Below are positions 18,231-27,600 of a stretch of DNA of 30,042 nucleotides, in pieces. A program made the position numbers and the translations under genes. The notes beneath the pieces are model-generated. The model had not been told where the DNA came from and did not search any database. It was given only the letters and a program-made list of their open reading frames with translations. The number at the start of each line of letters is the position of its first letter. Within the stretch, counting starts at the first letter, position 1. Source of the DNA: a virus (lineage: Duplodnaviria > Caudoviricetes); IMG/VR virus record IMGVR_UViG_3300035494_000115, positions 1-30,042 of that record. One strand, 5' to 3'.

Positions 18231-19315
18231 TATTTGATGATTTAGTTGCATACCTCAATCAGGAGATGCGAAATGAAACTGTTAGAAAGTTTGTGGATAA
18301 ACACGGTATGACTCCCGAATATGTAACGGATCACGAGGCATACGCTCAAGACCCTAGTACGGTTATGGGCGATATAAAAAAATACGTTTCCCCGACGACG
18401 GTTTACAGCGACCCCGCAAATATCGCGTCCGTTGTTTACGACGAGATGGTTCGCGTATCCATGCTCACCGTGCCGCTTCGTCTCTTGGAACCTATTGGCA
18501 CGTCGGCAAATACGCCTTTGCGTCAGCTTGACGAAAACTATTTCATCAGGATGCCCGCATACCCACAACTAGGAGCAGATTTAGATATTGATGAGTTCCT
18601 TGCAAAAGTTATCGGGTATCGCTTCTTAGCAGCGATAGGTATTTCACGATATGCGCAGATCGCCAAAGAGCTTATTGAAGCACACGAGAAGAGCGTTGTT
18701 ATCCCAAAAAATACGGGAACGATCAACATGCTTGAGTTAAATGTTCGCTTCGGCGACGGCTCATCTTGGCATGAGAATTATGCTTCAGGCGACACGCATA
18801 TCTCTTTTTCGAGATCGGGCATTTGGGGTAACGCAATCCCCCTTGGAGGCGGTACAGCAACGCAGACGGAGCCTACAATAACGAAGTTTGCGGATTTATC
18901 CGACGTAGCAACTCTTGAAGCGGGGAAAATGGCAGTCGTAAACGCAGCGGGCACGGGCATAGTGTTTCAAGACATCCCCGCAGCTTCAGGCGGTGGAAGC
19001 ACGTCAGAGGGGTTTGAGTACGTCGAATTAGATGCAACAAACAACATCATAAACCTTGGCGGGGACAAGCGCATTATATATGTTTCTTGCAACGATAACG
19101 TAACCATAGACTTCGCAAAAGTAGGCTATGACTACGACGTAGTAAACGGCGCTAGATACACGTTTGTGATCCAACCGAACGGCTACAACGTATTTTTTAA
19201 TAACGAATTGTACATTAACGGGTTAAATCCTATTGCTCCTACGGCTATGAGTGCTATAATAACTCTATTAAGCCTAGAGTACAGTTTTTACTGTATGGAA
19301 CAAAAGGAGTTCTAA
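18227..19315 (+). CDS. adaptor-paralog domain fused to a fibre-like C-terminal region
   Basis: Residues ~70-158 align by eye with 8919..9347; the C-terminal half has ITKFADLSDV...GKMAVVNAAGTGIVF, typical of fibre shafts. Confidence 0.65.
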   Translation: MIFDDLVAYLNQEMRNETVRKFVDKHGMTPEYVTDHEAYAQDPSTVMGDIKKYVSPTTVYSDPANIASVVYDEMVRVSMLTVPLRLLEPIGTSANTPLRQLDENYFIRMPAYPQLGADLDIDEFLAKVIGYRFLAAIGISRYAQIAKELIEAHEKSVVIPKNTGTINMLELNVRFGDGSSWHENYASGDTHISFSRSGIWGNAIPLGGGTATQTEPTITKFADLSDVATLEAGKMAVVNAAGTGIVFQDIPAASGGGSTSEGFEYVELDATNNIINLGGDKRIIYVSCNDNVTIDFAKVGYDYDVVNGARYTFVIQPNGYNVFFNNELYINGLNPIAPTAMSAIITLLSLEYSFYCMEQKEF

Positions 19316-19316
19316 G

Positions 19317-20663
19317 ATGAAATTTTTAAGAGGACTGTTGCTATATGCGGCGGTGATATTTGTAGGTGGAACGATGCAGCAAGTTATGACTATTCCATAC
19401 CAAAACCCGATTAAAGACGGGCATGAGTTTACGCGCGACCTCATGGCGGGCGTTGTGCAAAAGGAGGCTATTGAGGACGTTTTTGCGGGTATCCCTATGT
19501 TTCAGAGATACGACAATGTATTTAACTTTCAGGATGCCGTTTCTTCCGATTTGTCGAAGATTACCGACAATGCCGTTGTGAAATACGACTACAATAAAGT
19601 ACGCGAAATCGCTTGGCTTCCCGCGTTGAGTTTTAGCGCACAAGCGGGGGAGCTTGAGCAATATAATTTTTCGCACCCTGTAGAATTGTTTGAGGTGGTT
19701 GAGGACAAGGAATATATCATAAATCACCCCGAGGGCAGCGGGTACGATCAACCCCTGCACCTCCACCCGATAGGGGTAGGGCACACTAAAAACAAGACGT
19801 TTGTTTTTTTTGAAAATGCTCATGTAAAATATGAGTATGTAGTTCATTATCTCGACGAAGAGACGGGCGAGTTTAAAAGCATAACTTGGGTAGATCGGTA
19901 CCCCGAATTGATCGGCGGCAATGCGGAGTCGGTGTTTAACTATAAAGATCAAATATTCCTAGTCGGAGACAAAGGCGTAACAGAGTTTCACGAAAACGGA
20001 AGCTTGACGCATTATCCTATGTTTAGCGGGATAATCACCACCGACGGAGTGTTTTGGAGACTAAGGGACGGAAATAAAATATACGACATCGAAAGAGAGA
20101 TGATCGTGGACGCGTCAGATGAAAAATACCAACAGGCAAGGATGCTTTACCCGCTTCTTGGGCAAACAGCACGCTTTGGCGGAAGATACGTGCATGATTT
20201 AGTCAAGCTCAACCCAAAAACAAACCCCGAGATTGCAGCGAAAGAGATCGCCCTTACAAAGGAACTTTTATCCCAAACCGTGCCGTTTATGAGGCTCACG
20301 TACGAAAACGGAACGGGGGAATTGTCTTACAATACGGAAACGGGCACATTTTGGGCGGCTATTGGCGGTTTCAAAAGAGAGGATACGGGTGTTTTTGGAG
20401 CACACGCATATTCGTACGATAGCAGTCCAAACGACACGGGGGCGTTTGGAAAGCAAGACCCGAGAAATTACAACTTTATCGCACGAAGTCACAACTTTTT
20501 GTATTACGGGATGCAAAAATTCATTAGCTACGGAAAGCCCCCTAAATATGTTGTCAGAAAAATACAGATACGCAAACGCTATGATGATAAAGGGCGTGAT
20601 CGTTTTGTGTACGGAAGTCAAAAATACATAGAAAGGAGCAGACCATGGCAGCAAACCAACTGA
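19317..20663 (+). CDS. hypothetical protein with a signal-peptide-like N-terminus
   Basis: AAGGAG RBS; MKFLRGLLLYAAVIFVGG; second in-frame ATG at 19374 with AGGTGG RBS; beta-rich body. Confidence 0.7.
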   Translation: MKFLRGLLLYAAVIFVGGTMQQVMTIPYQNPIKDGHEFTRDLMAGVVQKEAIEDVFAGIPMFQRYDNVFNFQDAVSSDLSKITDNAVVKYDYNKVREIAWLPALSFSAQAGELEQYNFSHPVELFEVVEDKEYIINHPEGSGYDQPLHLHPIGVGHTKNKTFVFFENAHVKYEYVVHYLDEETGEFKSITWVDRYPELIGGNAESVFNYKDQIFLVGDKGVTEFHENGSLTHYPMFSGIITTDGVFWRLRDGNKIYDIEREMIVDASDEKYQQARMLYPLLGQTARFGGRYVHDLVKLNPKTNPEIAAKEIALTKELLSQTVPFMRLTYENGTGELSYNTETGTFWAAIGGFKREDTGVFGAHAYSYDSSPNDTGAFGKQDPRNYNFIARSHNFLYYGMQKFISYGKPPKYVVRKIQIRKRYDDKGRDRFVYGSQKYIERSRPWQQTN

Positions 20664-21631
20664 TGGAAGATTTACAGCGTAGAGCGAGCGCACAACTTGG
20701 AGGAGGGTATCAAGTACCCGTGCAACAAGCGCCAGCGGATAACGCAAAATACACACATAGCTACAGCAACACGCCCGCAGAGAGAAACGGACAAACATAC
20801 AACGGAACGCACACTATGACGTTTGAAGCGCCGAAAACAGCTTCGGCACAATGGGGTTCGCTTAACGACATGAAAAACCACTTTAGGGATCAGCAACAAA
20901 GATACGACCCCGCCGTGCAAGAACAGCGAGCGCGATCGGTAGGCGGTAACAGTCTTTTACAGGGCGTAGTCAATGCTAGAAATAGAGCCATGAATGAAGT
21001 TGTGTACCCTACGGCGAACATAAGAAACTCACGCGCGCTTTTGAAGCAAATGCAAGAGAACGATTACAAGCAAGGTTATTTGTCTCAAATGGGCGCAGAT
21101 AGAGCACAACGCCAAAACCAATTCATAAGCAACCTTGCACACAAAAAGCAGGCTATGGACTTGCAGTCGCAGCAGTTTGATAGAACACACGACCTAGATA
21201 TGCAAAACGCAAAGTACACGCGCAACGCAAAAAACAATACCACTAAAGACGCACTTGAGAGAGGGAAGCTATTTGATGCAACCTACGCGGGGAACTATGA
21301 TAGAGATGCCGTTGAGTATCTAAAAAAGAACCAAGCAGATTACGATAAGCTCAAAGCCGACTATATCGCCAACGGCACATTTACCCCCGCACAATATGAT
21401 GACGGAGGTTGGTTCGGCGGCGCGAGGTTGAATATGGGCAATCAAAATCAAGCAGGGCAGCAACAGACGCAAGCGCAAGAAACCAAAAATGAAGCACAAG
21501 ATTTTCAAAAATGGTTAGAAGCGCGTGGAGGGAAGACCAATATTGATATTGACACAACAACTCCTATCGAAACGCAGGGCGCGAGATGGTGGGACGACCC
21601 AAAATACAAAAACAATTCTAATTCTCTCTAA
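20645..21631 (+). CDS. Q/N-rich putative internal virion (ejection) protein
   Basis: AAGGAG RBS; hydrophilic and helical, no Cys; directly upstream of the giant protein. Confidence 0.65.
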   Translation: MAANQLMEDLQRRASAQLGGGYQVPVQQAPADNAKYTHSYSNTPAERNGQTYNGTHTMTFEAPKTASAQWGSLNDMKNHFRDQQQRYDPAVQEQRARSVGGNSLLQGVVNARNRAMNEVVYPTANIRNSRALLKQMQENDYKQGYLSQMGADRAQRQNQFISNLAHKKQAMDLQSQQFDRTHDLDMQNAKYTRNAKNNTTKDALERGKLFDATYAGNYDRDAVEYLKKNQADYDKLKADYIANGTFTPAQYDDGGWFGGARLNMGNQNQAGQQQTQAQETKNEAQDFQKWLEARGGKTNIDIDTTTPIETQGARWWDDPKYKNNSNSL

Positions 21632-21692
21632 AACACTCTCGTTTTGAGGGTGCCTCTTTTGCTAACCTAATACAAAAAAAAACAGGTTGGCA
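21630..21692 (+). promoter_or_regulatory. late promoter element B with RBS-sequestering hairpin (giant protein)
   Basis: AAAACACTCTCGTTTTGAGGGTG...TGCTAACCT at 21630-21668. TGCTAACCT pairs with AGGTTGGCA (21684-21692). Confidence 0.7.
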
Positions 21693-21696
21693 TCTT

Positions 21697-24600
21697 ATGG
21701 ATCACACAAAGCACCCACTTTATCAAGAATACCTTAACGAAAAAAACAAATCAGGCAATCAACCACAGGCACAATCATCAACGAACGAACAACCGCAATC
21801 AAATTTCAAGGGAATAGATTACGGCATTGAAAAACACCCGCTTTATGCACAATACAAAGCAGAGAAAGCACGGACGAAACAAACCATACAAAACCACGAA
21901 AACTCTTGGAAAGACGAGATTACGCCGTACGTTCCCGATTTTGCCGAGGGCTTCGTTCTTGGAGGGGTTAAGGGCTTATCGGAATACGGAGCGTCGGGCG
22001 CGAAACTTTTAGGGTCGGACAAGTGGCAAGATAGGTTTAGCAACGTAAGACGTTTTGCAGAACAACAGATAAAAAAAGACGATAGCGAAATCGGTGCTTT
22101 TGTGGGCGAAATGATCGTCGATCCTCTTAACCTTGCTCCAGCGGGGCTTGTGAACGTCGGAACCAAAATGCAAAGAGTCGGAAAGTCTATGCTTTACGGG
22201 GCGGGTGTCGGTGCTACTACGATGGCGGCTAAAAATTACGGAAACGATGATATTACGACCGACCAAAAGATTTTCGAGATGGGAGTAGGTGGCGCGGTTA
22301 ACTCCTTGATAAACGGCGTTATCGCAGGCGTTACCAAAGGAAGAGTGGCGGGGATAGATGCAGGCGCACTCAAAAACCCAGACGGCAGCCAAAAAAGCAA
22401 CGAAGAGGTTTTTTCGGCACTTAGAAACAACCCCGAGGCGTTCGCTCTCAACCCGCAAGAAGCGGACGTGATCGTAAACGAGATCGTAAAAGAGCAAGCT
22501 AAATTCACGCAGCCAAAATTCGATCCGCAATTCGCAAGAGAAACACCGCGTCCACAGCAACCGTACACACCAAACTTTCAGATGCGACCAAATCATCCGC
22601 CCGCAGTTATGAGCAAACAAGAGGCACTACAAGTTATTTTGCGACATGCCAACGAGCAAGCACGCGCAAAAGGCGGAGTGCTACCATACCCGCAAGCGAT
22701 TGAAAAATCCACAATGCAACCGCAACCGCAAGCGCAGCAGCAACCGATAACATTATCAGAACTTCAATCCCACCCACGCTACAATGAACTCGTAGAGATG
22801 CGCAGGGGTGTATCGGCGGCAGAGTCGAAAAACCCACAATTTATGACTACGCGAGGCGGTTATAGAGAGCTTGATGGATACGGCGGAGAGAACAAACATG
22901 CCTATGATTTTCCACATTACGAGCAAAACCAAAATTACGATTTTCACACAACAAAGCAAGACATAAACAAGCTTGAAAGCGGGAAAGTGGACAGCGAAAC
23001 CCTTTGGAAGTTGCAGCAAGATTTAAGCACGCTTGATAATCACCCCGATTGGGCAAAACGTCTTGACGACTCACCCGTGAAGATGAGCGAGAGAGATTGG
23101 GAAGAGGCAAACACCGTATTCGCAAAATTTGGCGACAACTTGGCAGCGGGTACCGTTGCGGGGATAAGTGAAGATGAAAACGGCAATCTTACGTTTGATC
23201 CCGAGAAATTCCTTATCGGGCTTGGCGGGTACACGGCGGTAAAAACAGCACTCAAAAACAAGCAGGTGCAAGGAAAGCTCAAGGAGTATGCACAAAGAGC
23301 GGTTGATATGGTAGATATGAACCCTCAAGTGCATAAAGAGCGAGGCTTTAATGCGATGTTTGTCGGTGCAAAAGGTAATGAAATAGGCGCTTTTAGTGAT
23401 ATGGCAACAAAGAAAACCATGAGAGAGATTGACGATAGCGGCATTAATTATAAGCCGATACCTAAGCAAAAAATAGAATTTGACGGCAGAGAGTTTGAAC
23501 AAAACTATGCAAGCTTAGACGAGATCATAGATCACCCTGAACTGTTTGCAAAATATCCCGAGCTAAAAAACATGCAGGTTTCAGTCAGCAATGATTTTGG
23601 CACGGGCGGAAGTTATAGTCCCGCCGTTAATTCTATTCAACTAAATAAAGGAAACACGAGAGTCAGAACGAATGAGCAGATCGCAAAACGTCAGGAGAAA
23701 ATCAGAGAACTTAGCGAAAATCCGATAGACGACAACTACACAAGACTTTTGGAAGAGTTACAAAAGCCAAATATGCCAGAAGCTCACTATGAAAAAGTAA
23801 TGGAATTGCTAGAGCAAACACCCACTCAAAAAAGAATAGATGCAATTGGTGAGCAAATTTTGGAGATTAAAAATAATATCTCAAAAGACGGGTCGGTACA
23901 TTTAACAGATGATGGGAAATCTACACTACTTCACGAAATACAGCACTCAATACAAGAAAAAGAAAATTGGGCAAGAGGTGGAAGCCCAGATAATTTTAAG
24001 CAAGCTGCACCAGATGAGACCATTGATAAAAGAAATCAAGAATTTTCACTAATAGATGAACTTTCAAAAAAACACAAAGTCAGTCCAGATTATTTTGTAG
24101 AGAGGGGAAGTTTTAGTGATAGGACAATAGAAACAGTTAAGAGATTGGTAAAAAACGGAGATTGGGATCGTGTGGTTAAGTCAATAAAAGAGCGAGAGAA
24201 TAGTCTTCTCACACCACATCAGCAATACATGAAACTACATGGAGAACAACAAGCCAGAGCCACAGCATACAGAGCCAACATGACACCAGAGCAAAGAGCA
24301 AAAGAGTCAATGTGGGATACTCTTAAAAGAAAAGAGGGCGAAGTGCCAGAGAGCATAGTTAGATATGGCGATGGTACGGCGATGATGGCGGACGAACTAT
24401 CAAGCAGATACATAAAAAAGAATATGATAGATGAAAAAGCTTTATCATTGGATGCGGATGAGTTGCCAAGTCCCATAAGCAACTACAAAGATTTTATCTC
24501 AAATTTTTCAGAGTCACACGAAAGCAAAGGTACATATTTTGTAAAAACTCCTATTGGAAATGTAAAAGTAAACACAAGATATGCTTTTAATCATTTAACA

Positions 24601-27600
24601 GATAACACACACTTTGATGATAGGAACTACATAAGTGGTGCTTTTGTTGATACTTTAAAAAACCCTCTATTTGTAGTGGAGAAAAAACATAGCAAAGGGG
24701 TAAATCAAGTTTTTTACAAACCATATAAGCAAAATGGGAAACTTACACATTTAGCAAGTTTTACAGTTGATAACGATGGGCTAGTGCAAAAAACATTTTT
24801 TGAATTAGGAAACTTAGGAAAGCTAAAATCTTTAATAAATGTACCAAATAAAGATATGAAGTATTTTAAGCACTCCCAAGAGATTAAATCACTTGACACC
24901 CAGCAACAAGAGTTGTGGAAGAGTGCTAATGAAGAAATTATACCACAAACAAAAGAAGAGTGGAATAAAAATATTACAGAGTGGCACAAAGAGAGTCACC
25001 CGCTCACCAAAAATGAAGATGGATCGCCTAGGGTTTTTTATCATGGGACGGGAGCAGATTTTAGTGAATTTAAGCAAAATAATAGAGGTGTATTTTTTGT
25101 AAGTCCCTCAAGCAAGTGGGTAGATGATTTTATCGGCAAAGACGGAGGAATTTCTATTATGCCAGTACATATAAAAGCTTCTAATCCTTTTGATTTTGAG
25201 AACAAAAAGCACGTAACGGCATTGGCTCAACATGCTAGTCTCGGCAAGTTAGCCATAGATGAAATAAAAAAAGGGAACTGGAATCGTATAGAGGACAGGA
25301 CGACACTCGAAGCAATAAAAAAACTAGGTTTTGATGGGGTATTTGTAAAAGAAAATGGAACGAAGAACTTAGCAGTTTTTGACCCCACTCAAATAAAATC
25401 CATCCACAATAGAGGAACTTTTGATGCTACAAACCCAAATATCCTTATGGCGAATGGCTCAAACGCACTAGGCGGCTCACTAGGCGGCGGAACAGTCGGA
25501 GGTATGCAAACGGCTTATGAGGACATTGTAGAGGGGAAAGATAGAACGGCGGAAGATTACCTAAGAAATATCGCCATAGGTGCCGCAGCGGGTGGTGCTA
25601 TAGGTCGCAAGTTCGGCGGCAAAGCGGAGGGCACGGGGCTTTTTGCGGGCGCAAGAGCCAAAGGTTTTGACGCAAAAGCACAAGCGGGCAAGACGTTTGA
25701 CGGCAAGTATGACGGGATGGAGAGGTTTGAGATCAACGACTCAATGGCGAAGCTCAAAGATATTTCGGGTTATGCGAGAACGGGAGAAACGGCAAAGCTT
25801 GAGGACGTGCTTGAGCACAAAGAGCTTTTTTATAACTACCCCGAACTAAAAGATATTCCGATTGCGTTCAAAGACGAAAAAGGGTCGAGTTTTTCAAGCG
25901 ACGGGATAGAAATAGGGCTTAGAGACTACCACAACGCGGATGAGTTTAAATCTGCACTCTTGCATGAGGTGCAACACTCTATTCAAAAGCAAGAGGGCTT
26001 TGCACGCGGTGGAAGTGCACAAGAGTTTTACAACGACGCAAAAAGCAAGATAGAAACGCTCAAATATGAGCTTGAGTTTGAACCCGATGATTTTATCCGC
26101 GATAAGATGCTCCAAAAACTCCAAAAGCTTGAGAGCGAATTTAACGGCGGGGCTAAAGAAAAAGCCTTTGATATGTACCAAAAACTAGCGGGAGAGATCG
26201 AAGCTAGAGACGTGCAAGCTAGAATGGATTACACCGCTCCAAAACGCGAGGAGGTTGCGCCGTATTCGAGCGAAAATATTGCCCCCGAAGATGCTATTTT
26301 GCGATTTAACAACGCAAACGACGATATTATGAGCGGTCTTCGACAAATGAACCAAGAAACAGACGACTTTGTGGGGGTACAAAAGAGAGGGCTTTTTGAT
26401 AACAACACTGATACGCTTGAGCGTCTTGCAAAAGAGCGAGCGGAAAAAGATTGGCGAAGCATCTCTCAAGACGGCGGCACGCTCCAAAACGTTAAAAACA
26501 CTTTCAAGGAACTTTTCACCGACACCATGAGCGGGAAGTACCACGAGGCGCGCGATCAGGTACATGCCAACATGCAGCAAAAAAGCGTCGAGATAGAGCG
26601 CCTTGCAAAAGTTCTTGACGACCTAGACGAAGCAACCGATAAAGAGCTATACCGATACCTCACGGGTGAAGCAAACAACTTGCCCGAGCACGTCAAAAGC
26701 ATTGCGGACAACATGCGCAAAACGGTCGATGATTTGGGCGCGGAACTTGTGCGTCACGGTGTGCTAGATGAGAAAGCCTATAAAGAGTGGGCGGGGGTGT
26801 ATCTACACCGCCAATACGAACCGCACCTAAACCCAAAAGGGCACTTCACTAAAGGTCTAAAAATCGACAAAATCCACGAGCGCGGTATTGGCAAAGAGTT
26901 CGGCGCGGGCGACTTGAAAGAAATGACGGGGTGGCTACACAAGCAAGGGTTTTTGGATGATAACGAGCTTGTGAAGTTCGGCAGCGTTCGCGACTTGATG
27001 GCGCACTTGCACGAGGGCGGCAAATCGGGGCTGTTGAGAGAGGGAAAATTATCAATAACGCAGACACCGAGCGGTGGCATAAAACTTAGAAGAGATTTCA
27101 CCAAAGCGGAACGCGAGTCAATGGGGGAGATAGAGAGCGCAAAGATGGCACTCACGAACACTCTTTTGAAGCTTAACCGCATGATCGAGCACGCGAAATT
27201 TTTAGAGCGCGCCAACCGTGTGGACGGGGTTGTTTTTAGCCCTAAAAAAGCAAAAGAGTTTTCACCGCAAGAGCTTGAGCGAGCAGGGTACTACAAAGCC
27301 GAGGGGGTGCAATACGGAGCGCTAAACGGGAAGTGGATACGCCGAGACGTTGCGGACGATATAGGGCGCACTTACAAAGATATTGCAAACGCACACGCCG
27401 ACGCTTTTAGGGTTTGGAACGATTATCATAGTTTATGGAAAAAATCAAAAACGGTGTGGAACCCTAAGGCGCATTTAAACAACTATATGGGGAACCTCTT
27501 TTTGATGCACTTGGCGGGCGTGGACGGCACGGTAGGGCTTCCGAAAGCACTCTATAACGGCGTAAAACAAATGAACGATTACAAAGCTTTTGAAGCGTTA

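Noticed and set aside
12023-19315. Diversity-generating retroelement or invertible tail-fibre cassette
   Set aside because: No reverse transcriptase, invertase, TR/VR pair or inverted gene segments seen.
19341-19952. 203-aa minus-strand ORF (likewise 20268..20798, 22009..22620, 28084..28623 and 17504..17956)
   Set aside because: Antisense shadows of well-supported + strand genes, with no recognisable motifs.
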